A stretch of DNA of 64,000 nucleotides. It comes from a virus. Made by a program: the position numbers and the translations under genes. The notes below the pieces were generated by a model that did no database searches, was not told the DNA's origin, and worked only from the letters and a program-made list of their open reading frames with translations. Location of the stretch: IMG/VR virus record IMGVR_UViG_3300021962_000032, one strand, 5' to 3'. Positions 26,873 to 38,816 of this stretch are shown one piece after another. The first letter of the stretch is position 1. Every line of letters starts with the position of its first letter.

Positions 26873-27892
26873 TTAAAATAACTTCCCATCAAAACCAAAA
26901 TCATCTCCCGGTTGAATTAAATCATTGTCAGCCTGAACAACCTTTTCTACTCCAGTTCCAGAAACATGATCTGTTGCTTTTGTTTTATAACTTCCTCTTA
27001 CAACGGTAACAGTTTTTTTGTTTGAATCGATATAAGTGACTTTTAAAGATTCAGAATTTATTGTTATTATTGATCCGACAGAAATATTACTAATTTCATT
27101 TAAACTCAACACGGTATCACTTCTTAAAACATCTTTTGTTAGATATGCAACTACTGTATCACTGTAACTCTTTGTTGCAGTTGGAGTAACTGAATATGTT
27201 GCGTCTCTTGTTATAGCATCTGGATTATCTGACGTAGTTCCAGCAACAAATCCAATTGTACTTTTTCTAATAATACCATCAGTAATTTTCTTAGTAGGAC
27301 CAAATAGATATGTTTTTGCAGTAAATTTAATAGTATATATTAAAGCTCTTCTTGTTTCAAAATTTCCCTCATAATCATCTTGCATTGTTATTCCTTCTAT
27401 TTGAAAAGGAATGTCTTTCTTCTCACCAATTTCTTTTTGCAAATCTATTGTAAGAGTGTATGCTGGTTGAAAATACGGAAGTATTTGTTCTATAATTTGG
27501 AGAGCATCATCGTTTATCTTTGTCATTATATTTAACTCAAATGCCATATTATATGGAACGGGAATAAATGTTTTAATCACAGAATTTGGATTATCTTTAT
27601 CTTTAACAGTAAAATATTCTGTCGTGGTTAATTTTCTATCTTGATCATAAGTTAATCCATTAAATTCAAATGACATCCTTGGCAATGTAATTTGAACTGG
27701 ATTATTAAGATCTTTTGGAGCTTCATTTAATCTTGCTAAAAACTTTTGTTTTGGTCCATAAGCAATAGGAACTTTGACAACAGATGTAACTATCCCTTCT
27801 GCATTTGTTTTTCTTAATTCGATACTATTAAATAAAGTTCCAAATCCTATTACAACTTTTCTAAAAATTTCAAAGTAAAAATATTCAAACAT
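26873..27892 (-). CDS. gp15: Tail sheath stabiliser gp15 with C-terminal extension
   Basis: FGTLFN, VPIAYGPKQK, LPRMSFE, QIIEQILPYFQP. Confidence 0.95.
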   Translation of the reverse strand: MFEYFYFEIFRKVVIGFGTLFNSIELRKTNAEGIVTSVVKVPIAYGPKQKFLARLNEAPKDLNNPVQITLPRMSFEFNGLTYDQDRKLTTTEYFTVKDKDNPNSVIKTFIPVPYNMAFELNIMTKINDDALQIIEQILPYFQPAYTLTIDLQKEIGEKKDIPFQIEGITMQDDYEGNFETRRALIYTIKFTAKTYLFGPTKKITDGIIRKSTIGFVAGTTSDNPDAITRDATYSVTPTATKSYSDTVVAYLTKDVLRSDTVLSLNEISNISVGSIITINSESLKVTYIDSNKKTVTVVRGSYKTKATDHVSGTGVEKVVQADNDLIQPGDDFGFDGKLF

Positions 27893-27902
27893 TTCCCTTT
27901 AC

Positions 27903-29348
27903 CTATGGTGTTCCAAATGGATTTTGCTCTGAAAAATCTATTATTAAATTTGCTTCTTGTTGAATGTTTTTGTTGTCGGCAAAAACGTCTTCCTTATTAT
28001 CTTTAAATTGATCTTGTGGGTCTGCAAGATTATCAGTATTTATAATTCTAACAGTATATCTAGCTCCAGATTCCTGACCAACGAGAACATCACCGTCTAT
28101 AAATTTCCCATTAAGATTGCCAACTTCAAGAAGATAATTATTAATATTCCATCTCTTTACTCTTGCAGTTGTACTACTAATTGTTCCAACAACAACTTCA
28201 TTAAAATCATATGTACCAGTTCCGCCAGCAGATGGTGATCCAATAATTATTTGCGGTGTTGTTGAATATCCAGCTCCGGCATTAGTGATATAGATTCCTT
28301 CTATAGATCCACTTGGAGTCAATCTTACCGTTGCTGCCGCAGATACTGTGGTTCCTCCTCCAACAAAGGTTATAGAGGGTCTTACGGAGTATCCAGACCC
28401 CGCATTTGATAATGTTATTATTCCAATAATACCATCCTTTAAATATGCTTTTGCCGTAGCACTTTCACCGCCACCATCAAGAATTGAAACTGATGGAGTT
28501 TGTGTATATCCATATCCGGGATTTATTAAATCAACCCTAACAACCTTAGATTTATTAGTGTCCATCTCACAAAAATCTGGCAGGTTTTTTTCAAGAACTG
28601 CTGTCGCAATTCCAGTTCTTCCTGCTGGAATAAATGTTGGATATCCCGTTCCTGGGAATGCAGAAGATATAGCCACTGTTGGGACAGATGTATAACCCCT
28701 ACCCATATTAGTGACTTCAATATATTGAATTCCATCATTTACAATTGATGTGTATGCAGTTGCCGTCACTGCAATTCCAATCATTTGTAAAGTTTGGATG
28801 TATCCAGCATCTATCAAATTATCATCAATTTCGTCAATACTTGTATCAACAACTTCTCCTTGCTCATATCTGTAAAGTTCACACTTTAATTCATAAGTGT
28901 AATTTCCTTTTAATGGATAGAAAGGTTGTTCGTGCTCTACAAATTTTATTTCAAATAACCTATCTCCCAATGGGAACCAAATTAAATCTCCTTCCTTAGG
29001 TCTATCCGGTAGTTTAATATTTGGAAGTTGTTTTATTAATGGAACTATGTACGTTTCAAATCTTTCCCTTGATATGGTTAAAGTGAGATCATCCATATCT
29101 TGGAGACCAAATTTTGATAAAATGGTTCCTTGTCCTCCATACCCTTCATAGTCATTTACATATGCTTCTAATGGGTATGCGTTTTCAAATTCTGATTCTA
29201 CTACTTCTTTAATTATTGTATTTTCTTTTTTAAATATTCTTGGAATATAATATACTTCAACGCCATACATTCTCAACTGTTCGTTGATTAAATCTTGAAC
29301 AAGTCCTTGCTCTGCTTTAGTTCCGTTGAGAAAAAATGGATTTAACAT
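27903..29348 (-). CDS. gp14: Neck protein gp14 with four inserted G-x-GY-x-x-x-P repeats
   Basis: E.LRMYG, LSKFG, RPKEGDLI.FP, FSEQNPFG. Confidence 0.93.
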   Translation of the reverse strand: MLNPFFLNGTKAEQGLVQDLINEQLRMYGVEVYYIPRIFKKENTIIKEVVESEFENAYPLEAYVNDYEGYGGQGTILSKFGLQDMDDLTLTISRERFETYIVPLIKQLPNIKLPDRPKEGDLIWFPLGDRLFEIKFVEHEQPFYPLKGNYTYELKCELYRYEQGEVVDTSIDEIDDNLIDAGYIQTLQMIGIAVTATAYTSIVNDGIQYIEVTNMGRGYTSVPTVAISSAFPGTGYPTFIPAGRTGIATAVLEKNLPDFCEMDTNKSKVVRVDLINPGYGYTQTPSVSILDGGGESATAKAYLKDGIIGIITLSNAGSGYSVRPSITFVGGGTTVSAAATVRLTPSGSIEGIYITNAGAGYSTTPQIIIGSPSAGGTGTYDFNEVVVGTISSTTARVKRWNINNYLLEVGNLNGKFIDGDVLVGQESGARYTVRIINTDNLADPQDQFKDNKEDVFADNKNIQQEANLIIDFSEQNPFGTP

Positions 29349-29349
29349 A

Positions 29350-30195
29350 TTATCCTATCATGTCTAATGGTGGTAATTCATAGGTAGAAGACATTTTTTC
29401 AATTAAAGTGTCTATTTCTCTTTGTGCATCATCATACATTTGTCTCCCATTAAATTCTATACCTCCAGGAAGTTTAACTCCTTGGAATTTAATTAAATTC
29501 TGACCCCACTGCTTTTTAATCAATGATGTTGTATACATCTTTAAGAATGAATCATTCCAAACTCTTGAATAATCATTTGGATCTAATAATCGATCACAAT
29601 CAATTACTAAATATTGCCCAACTGATAATGACGACCAATCAATATCCAAATAAAGCCTATCTTGTCTCTTATTGAATCTTATTTGTTTTTGAGTAGAAAG
29701 TAGCCAGTCGATATCTTCCAAATAAGTTTTTACCATCGAATAGGTTAATAAATCAACGGAACTCCAATAATAAACATCATTTAAAAATAGTTGATATTTT
29801 AAACTAAACATTCCGCTTGCAACGGAATTGGAACCTTCAAATGAAAATATTTTTCTTATTCCTAAAATGTGAGGTGGTATTGGAATATAATTTCCGGTCT
29901 CATAAAAATTAAAAGAAGTTGTTCCAATTCCAGGTATATTTGTTGATGTAGTCATTGTGCTGACACCAACTCCATTTGGGTTTTTTGCTCTTCCCCTATC
30001 AATATCTTGTTGAGTTATTTTATATTTTAAAAATGTTTGAAATGAACCATCAAAGCATCGTTCTTGATACAGTTGTAAGGCATCATCAACCAAATCCTCA
30101 ATTTGCTCTTCGGCAACGTTAATTTCCAAAACAGGCGCACCAAGTTTTCGTAAACAATAATCTATAAATTCTTGTCTAGTAGATGGTTGTGCCAT
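29350..30195 (-). CDS. gp13: Neck protein gp13
   Basis: YCLRKLGAPVLEINV, KQWGQNLIKF.GV.LPGG. Confidence 0.96.
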   Translation of the reverse strand: MAQPSTRQEFIDYCLRKLGAPVLEINVAEEQIEDLVDDALQLYQERCFDGSFQTFLKYKITQQDIDRGRAKNPNGVGVSTMTTSTNIPGIGTTSFNFYETGNYIPIPPHILGIRKIFSFEGSNSVASGMFSLKYQLFLNDVYYWSSVDLLTYSMVKTYLEDIDWLLSTQKQIRFNKRQDRLYLDIDWSSLSVGQYLVIDCDRLLDPNDYSRVWNDSFLKMYTTSLIKKQWGQNLIKFQGVKLPGGIEFNGRQMYDDAQREIDTLIEKMSSTYELPPLDMIG

Positions 30196-30221
30196 AAAAA
30201 TACTCTTTATTAATATCTATA

Positions 30222-30449
30222 TTATTTTGATAACAAAGATTTTAATAAATCTTTTATCTCATTAATGTCATCTTTTATTTCATTGAGATCATTTTCAAGA
30301 GTTTCTACACGTTTTAATTCTTTGGATTTTTGTTTATATGCCTCAATATAAGCATTATATGATTGAACGTCAGTATTTACGATTCCATTTGTATAAGAAT
30401 CTCTCACCAAATTGTCTTTTCCATGAACTGGAATATATCTATCATCCAT
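30222..30449 (-). CDS. Small coiled-coil protein
   Basis: LVRD...IVNTD followed by heptad repeats. Confidence 0.75.
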   Translation of the reverse strand: MDDRYIPVHGKDNLVRDSYTNGIVNTDVQSYNAYIEAYKQKSKELKRVETLENDLNEIKDDINEIKDLLKSLLSK

Positions 30450-30452
30450 AAT

Positions 30453-33400
30453 TTATATCTGCGGTTTAAGAGTTGCAATTGCTCTTAATGATTTGATCAA
30501 CGGTGGCTTTGCTTGATTTTTTGAAGCCATGATAATTTTGATTGCATAAGCATTAAACTCTGGGAGATTATCTACAGTATACTCAAGTTCGTCAAAAACT
30601 TCCTCAGATGTTGAAACTATTTTTCTATCTGAAGATCCATCATTTCTTGATGGATCAATAACACGTTTTACTCCCAAAGAATCAACTTGATAATTTGAAT
30701 ATCCGGGGAATAATTCAAAATTACTTACATCTGAATTTGAGTCGGTTCTTATCAATTTATATAAAACTCTAATATCACTATCCTCATTAGTAAATCCTTT
30801 CATTAAAACTTTTAATGAATTTGCTGGAAGTTTTAAAGATATTGGTTTTGAGATATAAACGCATTCATGCTCATCATTTGAACCTCTTACGTATTCAACA
30901 TCTGCAAAAGTAGAATTTTCTTTTACTCCAGCTGGAGCATTAATTATATTAGAGGTTAAAATTATCGAAGTTGTTACATCATCTATTACTGGAGAAACTC
31001 TACTATCGTTTGTAGTCATATTCAACTCTATGGTCAAACTTCTATTTCCAGGAGAACCCTCTATCAATCTCGATTCATTAACAGCAGATGCCACCAATCT
31101 TGGGGAATCAAATTGCTTTGTAGTTTCTAAAGAAATATCATCATATCCTTGATCTTCATACGAAGTTTCATCTCCATCAATACTTGTTCCACTAAAAGTT
31201 CTAACTCTTGCGGATAAAGATGTCTCACTTGGAACTATTGTTGCAAAGTTGGGAGTAATTAATTCAAATGGAATGTTATTTGATACCAAAGTTCCAGATT
31301 CTCCAACCGACTTGGTATTTTTGAAATTGATTGCACTTCCTCTAGAAAATCCTATTGGATTTGATTCAAAATCATCACTTCCTGATTCAATTTTTACATG
31401 GAAAGAATTGAATGTTGTTGGGTGAATTTCTTCATCTACTGCTAGTAATGAATGAACCTTGTTGATTCTTCTTAAAGAAATTCCATTAAGTTCATATTTG
31501 TATACTAAAATTCCAGAATCATAAGCTTGAGATTCTGATCCATCAATACCTCTCTGAATACTTTGAGAAAGACCTCCGAGAGTAGTTGAATTGGAAACAG
31601 TAGTATAACCAACAACCTCAGATCCAATTATTATATATCCTGGGTTACTTTCATCTACATTAAATCCTTCAAATTGTTCAAATCCAATTGTACTATCAAC
31701 GTTTATTGATGTAGTTTCGTTAGATGATAATGGTTGAATCAACTTTGTATTTAATGAATCACGCTCTGGTCTCAAATTACTAATTCTAACGTAATTTTGA
31801 CTTGAATGCATACCATGATTTAAACAATTTATTTTTAAATGCTGTCCGTCGTAATAATTATCGGAAATAATCTGTGTTGGAACTGCAAATGTTGAATTTT
31901 CCGTGCTAACTCCTACTTGAGAAGAAATTCCAACTTCATTAATATACAGAAGTTCCACTCCAACACTAAAATCAGATTCAATTACAGTAATGTTATCAAG
32001 GAACAACGTATTTTTAAATGATAAATTAGATACCGATACTTTAGCACCAAAACCAACATCTTGCCCAACATTGGGAACTAATAATGAATCGCCAATTTGA
32101 TATCCAAAACCACCATTAACAATATTGACTCCAGATATTATTCCATCAGTGACAACGATATCTGCAATTGCGCCACTTCCCAATCCAGTTTCAGTAATAA
32201 GAACTTTATCTTCAAATGTATATGTTCCAGAGGCTGGAGTATATCCAGTTCCAACACTAGAAATTGTCACTCCAAGTCCTGTAGATATACTTCCACCAAT
32301 TCCTATTAATTTGCCTTGAGATCTATTATTTTGATAAATTGTTACTCCCGGAACAACATTTGATTTAGGTTCTATATTTGTCTTTAATGCAAGTTTTTTA
32401 GATAATAATTGAATTTGATTTTCACCCAAAACACTAACTTTATTATTCTTTAAAGACAGAACCGGATTAAAATATCTAACAACACCTTGATTTGCAAAAT
32501 CTGCTCTATAAATTTTATACTTTAAATCTTGCAATTGAGATGGAGTCCAGGTAGTGCCATTTTGTGATTTAAACAAACTTCCTAAAGTTGGTTGTGATCC
32601 AACTTTTATGTTGGTTAATATATCATTTTCACCCAATTGGGCAATAAAAACTCTATAGTTTGCACTATTGGATAAAAGAACAATTGCATATTCTGCAGTT
32701 TGCTCACTTGCAATAGGGGCTCCTCTAACTTCTTGTGGCTTAGGTCCAGGTAAATATACTGGTGAACTAAATCTAAATCTGGTTGGAAGTATTCCATTAG
32801 TAGAAACATTTATTTCATCTGGAACCAAAGTAACTTCAGAAAATGGAATAACAACATTACTTGGAACTCCAGCAATCATTGTGCGAATTTGAAGAGTAAC
32901 TGGAATACTATCATCTACAGATTCAAAATAAACATCAACTCCAGTTAAGAATATTCCAGTTTCGTCTGGAACATAGAATGACTGCGCTAATGGATCCCTA
33001 ACCTCCCATCTGTTGACAAAATTAGTTTGGGTAGTTGATTGAGTTACTGTGGTAGTATTTGTAGTCGTATTTGTTATTACTGTAGTATTGACATTTCTTG
33101 ATGGAGTTATATTATAATTCCTTGTAGTCAATATTGTTTTTTCAGTTACATTAGTATTTGCAGTTGATGTAAAATCTTTTTCTGCGGAGCTTTCATTTAT
33201 AACATTTTTATCATTTGAAGATACTGATGCAAGAGAAGGAACATCAATAATGGTGAATGTGTTTTCTCCATTAATCCATTTTGGATTTCCTGGTATTTTC
33301 GGATCTGGAATGAACAAAGATCCAATCAATCTACCAACATTATCTGAAATTAATCTATTAGTTTTAACTCTTGCAACTGCTCCAGATGTTTTTCCAATAA

Positions 33401-36400
33401 TTTTCATATCCACAGAAATTTGACCATAATAATCTACTTCACTGCTCAACTCTAAAGATCTTGTATCTACGTTTAAATAACTTGAAGATTCTGTGTAATT
33501 ATCTGGGGGTGATTGTTGTGTATATGGTATAAGATTGAATTTTTCTACTGGCGATGCAAATGGTCCAGATTTATGATTTGGCTTACAAACTCTAAATCTA
33601 ATTTTACTGGCAGTAAAATGAGGATCAGTTTCTACCGTCTCTCCAATTTCAAACCTTCCAGATATCATATCAATTTCCAATAATTTTGGAATAATATATG
33701 AACTTACATCAATACCTTCAAAAAATGAGTAAAATCTTGTTCTTGGTCTTAATCCCTTAACATCAAATTCTATATTTCTTGATCTTAAATATCTTATAGG
33801 TTCAGTAAAGTTTGAAACTGATTCTGAAACTGAATCTTCTCCTACTGTTATATCTGGTGGTATAGTAGTTGTTGTTGTATTGCTGACTGTCTGAACTGAT
33901 GTGGTTGTTGAAGAATCTGTAGTGGTTGTTGTAAAGTTTGGAGAAAATTCCAAGAAAATTGCTTGATTTACTCCACTACTTTGAACTTGAGTGATGTAAC
34001 TATTTGCAATATCTTCTGGCAATACGGACCTTAAATAATTTTGGTCTGCAGAATCCAATCTTTTCCTAAATGCCCTGAATCTAACAACTCTTCTTCCATT
34101 GGATGTGACAATTGAACTATTTAAAGCACTACTATTTCTTGTTCTAAAACTATTCCACCATAAATTTAAAGATGCAACACTTGATCGATTAGTTATCCAA
34201 ATATTATTTGCTACTCCAGTTCTAGTGTTGACGTTTTCTCTAAAAACTACCTTATTTTCTACAACGTCATTTGTTGTTGATATATTAATATCAGGAAGAG
34301 CATTTAATATATTATATTTTTCATTGGATAATCTATTAACAACCTCCCTTTCTTCTACCCAAGAATCAAGTGGTGGACGCAATTCAATTGTTCCAGTCCA
34401 GTACTTCACTAAGAATGGAGTAACACTTTCAGTTCTTGTTGCATAGGGTTGTTCAAAATATAATACATCCGAATAATTTAATGTGATCAAATCTCCGGTT
34501 TTTCTAACATTAATTGACCCCAAATTTGTAACAAAATCATGATCTTTTGATTGATCGAACTCATTTGAAATTCCTAATATAACTTCAGACCCCAACTGCA
34601 TATCTAACGCAGTTGTATAATGAGTTGGTCTTAATGTTTTTAATTTTGTATCTATTGATACTTTATTATTTGGGTCTGAAAAATCTTGCAAATCCGTATT
34701 AATAAAGCTATCGGCAAAAAATCCACATTTAAATCTATCTAATCCTGTTTCTGCGTCTTTTAACGTTAAGTTTTCAGTTTGAGTTTCTAATGAATTTAAA
34801 ATAGTATACTCTTCAAGTTTTCTTATTCTATCTTCTAATGAAGATATATCTTTCATAGTATATTTTTTATGTTTTGTGACATCAACTTCAATGCTATTGA
34901 TATTAAAAATATATGGAGGAAGATTAATAGTTGCTACATCTAAACAATTATCTGATAAAGACGGGGCTAATGGTAAAGTTGATGGTACTCCTTGAATTAC
35001 TTCAAATGAACCATTTGGCTTTAAACATATTTTATCGATTCTTCCAAGATAATGCTTATAACATACTTGTAAATTTTCTCCTGGAGCTAAGATATATTTT
35101 GAATATTGACCATCTCCAGTAAAGTTTCTCTGATTAAATTCAAAAGGTGAATATTGATTTAAAGTATATGGAGAAACTCTAGGTCTTATATCAATGTAAT
35201 CCGATACTCTTGAAGAGTCGAATGTTGGAATATCATGCTTAAATCCTGATGTTGAATAACTATTGATTGTAAAAATTTCTCCAGTATCTGAAGAATCAAC
35301 TGTGTAATTTTGAAATACTACTTTAATTTTTCTTTCTGGTTCGTTTGAATTTTTCTTTTTAATTATTCTTGAATAATCATAATAAGTGCTTCTTTGACCA
35401 TTATCAAATGAATAATTTTGAGTGATATTTTTATCAGATTGAAAAATATCAAGTACACCCATCAACTTATTCGATTCTTTAAATACAACATTTTCACCAT
35501 TTTGCAAAGGAAAAGAATTTAAATAAACATATTCAATTAAATCTGTTCCTATTTTTTTAACGACCAATCCAACAAATCCAGATTGTTCTCCTACAAATTG
35601 CTCTCCTACAATAATGTCTGAAGTATTCTGATTGACTTGAATTCTTGGCAATTGTGGATCATTTGTGCTTGTAGATTCATATATTGCTAAAACACGTATT
35701 GCATCTGGCACATTTAATGAAATTTCTTTATCTTGAACTCTAGTTCCATAAACTCTACTATAAGTCAATCCATCATCTTTTGTGCCATCACCCGTACCAG
35801 AATAATCATATTTTGAATTTGATACAGTTAAAGTTGATACTCTATTTAATTTTTTAATTTTTGAATTTGGTTTGTAGTTAATTACGGTAACTATTACATC
35901 AGCAAATCCACTTGAAGATGGAGAATTTGTCAGGTCTACAAAAGTAACTCGTTTTCCATTATTACTTACATTAAATTTATCAAATCTAATAATTTCTTTT
36001 TTCCCATTAGAATATGTAATTACATACCTATCTTCATCGAAAGATGCAAAATAAACATCAGTATCTTCTGGATTAATGTCAACATTTAATGTTCGATTGC
36101 TAAATGCAACATTAGTAAATAATCGTCTTTGAGTTAAGGTATTATTTTCCAAGTCCAAAGATGCTACGTTTGGATAGGATAATCTTGTCATAAAACTTTC
36201 ACTATTTCTAGATCCATAGACAGATGGTGAAATTTTAATTATATTCGTTGAATCATAATAATCAGATGGATTTGATATATTTGTATATAAAGCACCATCA
36301 GCAACTCCAGAAACAGTTGAAATTGCTACAACTTCAATTTCTTTTCCGTTAACATTGACCTTAGAAACTTTATTATAAGTTGGTAGAGTATTAGAAACTT

Positions 36401-38810
36401 TAAATGGATTGCTATATGAAATAATGTCGCCTTCCTTCAAAAATTCTGCAAAATTAAAAAATGTTGAAGAGCTAATTGTTGAAACGCCACTTAGTCCATT
36501 TGTGATTCTAAAAATAGTTCCAGGAGGAGCTATTGATGTTACTTTTGCAAGTTCTAAATCAGCCGCAAATGTAGAAATTCCAACAACAGAATCTGAATAT
36601 ATTGATTTTATATCTGAAATTGAATAATCTACAACTTCCTTTAAAATTCTTGAATCATTATCCAATCCATTAAAGGTTAATAATTCTCCTTTTGTAAATC
36701 TTCCAGAAACCTGATACAACCTTATTGTTGATATACCAAGAGTTGCATCTCCATTAACTGCAGAAACGGGACCATTATAATAATTTAAAGCAGTTACTCC
36801 ATTTAACCTAAAAGTATTTCCGCTTAAATTTGTTACAATAAAATTGTTATTGAACTTGATATTACTTGTATTTTCAATGTAAACTTCATCTCCAGTTTTA
36901 AAGGGATGTCCAGTTGAATTTACAGTGACTTGTGCTGTTGAATTTGTAAAGTTTCCCAATCCAATTATTGTACTTGGATCTTCAGGTGCTACTCCACCGG
37001 GCAATTGAACTGTAAATGCCGTTCCATTTGGAACAGTTGATGTGGTTGCTATTCCAAGAGAGACATCAAAATATGGAACGACTACACCAGTTGTTGAAAG
37101 TACAGTAAATGTTCCATTATTTTGATAATCTAATAATTCTTGCCCAGTGCCACTTATAAAAACTTTATCATTTACGTTAAGTCCATGTGCTACTTGACTA
37201 GCAGTAATAATAGTTGCTATTCCGGACAATGACTCCTGATCAAAATATATTGTTCCTATTCCGGTTGTTGGAAAGGTGATCGAATCTATTTCATTATCTA
37301 AAGAATAATCTAAAGAGTAACCAGAAGCGTTTGATTTCTTGCCCTCAATATAAGTTGGTCTTTTTATTGCCGCACTTTTAGTAAATGTTAATGTAGTATA
37401 TGTTTGTATATCATATAATCTCAAATGCATCCTACTGGATTCATTTTCATAATTACTTTCTGGAATATAATCATATACTCTTGCAACTCCAATTGTAGTT
37501 CCAGTAGCAACTTTATTCGTTGATAATCTTGAATCCAATAAACTAACAGTAGTATCTGTTCCCAATCCAATATATGGAGATCCCAGAGTGTTATTTAAAA
37601 CAAATAAATTTCCAGCATTATAAGGCAATAATTCTTTAATACACTCATTAGTTGTTCTTGGTTTTGGCGCATCTAATAATCTGGCCGAAGTTGTTTCTAC
37701 CTCATAACCATTAACGTAAGCTTTTCCTGGTCCTATTTGATATACAAGATTATCTTCTGATGGGGTGTTGCCTAAAACTGTGGTTTGATTTTCAAAATAT
37801 ATTCCATCGGTCAAAACTCTATCATTTAAACTATCTCTAGCATAAACAGTAAATGGTTTTATATAAAAATCTCCACTTGAATCCGCTAAACTTTTTGCTA
37901 CTTCATTTTTAACTACATTATATGGCTTTGTTTCATTCTTAATTGGAAATTCTGGAACTCCATTTGTAACTCTCATCAATTCTACAAAGTTATCAATTTC
38001 TACTTGATTGATATCTTTTTTACTTAGAATTAATTCAATTTTAAATCTATCTGCTCCAGGTGAAGTGTAATTTGAAAAACTTCTTGCATTGTCATATAAA
38101 GAATCGTCTTCATCCGCAGTTACAACTCTCTCTAATATATCAAATCCAATTTTATATGAAGGAGAAGATCCATATTGATCTAGAATTAAAGTTTGATTTT
38201 TTATATTTGCAAAAATTCCACGAACAAACGCAGTACCTTCACTTATTGAAACTGCCGAACCTTCTGATGAAGAATTTACTGGCAATGTATTTGCAAATCC
38301 TTGATTTTTTTGAACGGTAAATCGTAAATTTTCACCATATGAAATAGTATCTAGTAATATTAAAATTTCTCCGTCTTGAAATCTTTTTATATCAAAATTA
38401 TCTCCACCACTTTCTAAGTATTTGACATATAAAGTATAATTTTTTCTTTCAGATTCTTCGTTGTTAAGTATTTGAATTATTTCTGCTGTTACTCCACTTT
38501 GAGATCCTTTTATCTTTTTAAATCTCAATGAATTAAAATATAAAGATATCGGCAATCCATTAAATGTTGGTTCAATTTCAACCGCATAAATTGGATTTTC
38601 ATAAGCTAAAGTTCCAGGAATTACTATTTCACCATCCTTAAAAAATTTTTTACCCAGTTGCTCAACTTGATTTTGTAATATTGATTGCGATGTAGTTAAT
38701 TCTCTAGCTTGAACTGGTAATCCAGGCTTAAAAAGAACTCTATAATACTCTTTATCTTTATCAAAATCATCAAAATAAGGAGATACGTTGAAATTAGTTT
38801 CCTGTGGCAT
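30453..38810 (-). CDS. Giant virion structural protein, VrlC/DUF4815-like
   Basis: NVSPYFDDF, PVQARELT, PGADRFKI, GKAYVNGYE, YTM.DI..LE.RI, DPLAQSF, GSLFKSQN. Confidence 0.88.
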   Translation of the reverse strand: MPQETNFNVSPYFDDFDKDKEYYRVLFKPGLPVQARELTTSQSILQNQVEQLGKKFFKDGEIVIPGTLAYENPIYAVEIEPTFNGLPISLYFNSLRFKKIKGSQSGVTAEIIQILNNEESERKNYTLYVKYLESGGDNFDIKRFQDGEILILLDTISYGENLRFTVQKNQGFANTLPVNSSSEGSAVSISEGTAFVRGIFANIKNQTLILDQYGSSPSYKIGFDILERVVTADEDDSLYDNARSFSNYTSPGADRFKIELILSKKDINQVEIDNFVELMRVTNGVPEFPIKNETKPYNVVKNEVAKSLADSSGDFYIKPFTVYARDSLNDRVLTDGIYFENQTTVLGNTPSEDNLVYQIGPGKAYVNGYEVETTSARLLDAPKPRTTNECIKELLPYNAGNLFVLNNTLGSPYIGLGTDTTVSLLDSRLSTNKVATGTTIGVARVYDYIPESNYENESSRMHLRLYDIQTYTTLTFTKSAAIKRPTYIEGKKSNASGYSLDYSLDNEIDSITFPTTGIGTIYFDQESLSGIATIITASQVAHGLNVNDKVFISGTGQELLDYQNNGTFTVLSTTGVVVPYFDVSLGIATTSTVPNGTAFTVQLPGGVAPEDPSTIIGLGNFTNSTAQVTVNSTGHPFKTGDEVYIENTSNIKFNNNFIVTNLSGNTFRLNGVTALNYYNGPVSAVNGDATLGISTIRLYQVSGRFTKGELLTFNGLDNDSRILKEVVDYSISDIKSIYSDSVVGISTFAADLELAKVTSIAPPGTIFRITNGLSGVSTISSSTFFNFAEFLKEGDIISYSNPFKVSNTLPTYNKVSKVNVNGKEIEVVAISTVSGVADGALYTNISNPSDYYDSTNIIKISPSVYGSRNSESFMTRLSYPNVASLDLENNTLTQRRLFTNVAFSNRTLNVDINPEDTDVYFASFDEDRYVITYSNGKKEIIRFDKFNVSNNGKRVTFVDLTNSPSSSGFADVIVTVINYKPNSKIKKLNRVSTLTVSNSKYDYSGTGDGTKDDGLTYSRVYGTRVQDKEISLNVPDAIRVLAIYESTSTNDPQLPRIQVNQNTSDIIVGEQFVGEQSGFVGLVVKKIGTDLIEYVYLNSFPLQNGENVVFKESNKLMGVLDIFQSDKNITQNYSFDNGQRSTYYDYSRIIKKKNSNEPERKIKVVFQNYTVDSSDTGEIFTINSYSTSGFKHDIPTFDSSRVSDYIDIRPRVSPYTLNQYSPFEFNQRNFTGDGQYSKYILAPGENLQVCYKHYLGRIDKICLKPNGSFEVIQGVPSTLPLAPSLSDNCLDVATINLPPYIFNINSIEVDVTKHKKYTMKDISSLEDRIRKLEEYTILNSLETQTENLTLKDAETGLDRFKCGFFADSFINTDLQDFSDPNNKVSIDTKLKTLRPTHYTTALDMQLGSEVILGISNEFDQSKDHDFVTNLGSINVRKTGDLITLNYSDVLYFEQPYATRTESVTPFLVKYWTGTIELRPPLDSWVEEREVVNRLSNEKYNILNALPDINISTTNDVVENKVVFRENVNTRTGVANNIWITNRSSVASLNLWWNSFRTRNSSALNSSIVTSNGRRVVRFRAFRKRLDSADQNYLRSVLPEDIANSYITQVQSSGVNQAIFLEFSPNFTTTTTDSSTTTSVQTVSNTTTTTIPPDITVGEDSVSESVSNFTEPIRYLRSRNIEFDVKGLRPRTRFYSFFEGIDVSSYIIPKLLEIDMISGRFEIGETVETDPHFTASKIRFRVCKPNHKSGPFASPVEKFNLIPYTQQSPPDNYTESSSYLNVDTRSLELSSEVDYYGQISVDMKIIGKTSGAVARVKTNRLISDNVGRLIGSLFIPDPKIPGNPKWINGENTFTIIDVPSLASVSSNDKNVINESSAEKDFTSTANTNVTEKTILTTRNYNITPSRNVNTTVITNTTTNTTTVTQSTTQTNFVNRWEVRDPLAQSFYVPDETGIFLTGVDVYFESVDDSIPVTLQIRTMIAGVPSNVVIPFSEVTLVPDEINVSTNGILPTRFRFSSPVYLPGPKPQEVRGAPIASEQTAEYAIVLLSNSANYRVFIAQLGENDILTNIKVGSQPTLGSLFKSQNGTTWTPSQLQDLKYKIYRADFANQGVVRYFNPVLSLKNNKVSVLGENQIQLLSKKLALKTNIEPKSNVVPGVTIYQNNRSQGKLIGIGGSISTGLGVTISSVGTGYTPASGTYTFEDKVLITETGLGSGAIADIVVTDGIISGVNIVNGGFGYQIGDSLLVPNVGQDVGFGAKVSVSNLSFKNTLFLDNITVIESDFSVGVELLYINEVGISSQVGVSTENSTFAVPTQIISDNYYDGQHLKINCLNHGMHSSQNYVRISNLRPERDSLNTKLIQPLSSNETTSINVDSTIGFEQFEGFNVDESNPGYIIIGSEVVGYTTVSNSTTLGGLSQSIQRGIDGSESQAYDSGILVYKYELNGISLRRINKVHSLLAVDEEIHPTTFNSFHVKIESGSDDFESNPIGFSRGSAINFKNTKSVGESGTLVSNNIPFELITPNFATIVPSETSLSARVRTFSGTSIDGDETSYEDQGYDDISLETTKQFDSPRLVASAVNESRLIEGSPGNRSLTIELNMTTNDSRVSPVIDDVTTSIILTSNIINAPAGVKENSTFADVEYVRGSNDEHECVYISKPISLKLPANSLKVLMKGFTNEDSDIRVLYKLIRTDSNSDVSNFELFPGYSNYQVDSLGVKRVIDPSRNDGSSDRKIVSTSEEVFDELEYTVDNLPEFNAYAIKIIMASKNQAKPPLIKSLRAIATLKPQI

Positions 38811-38816
38811 GACTTT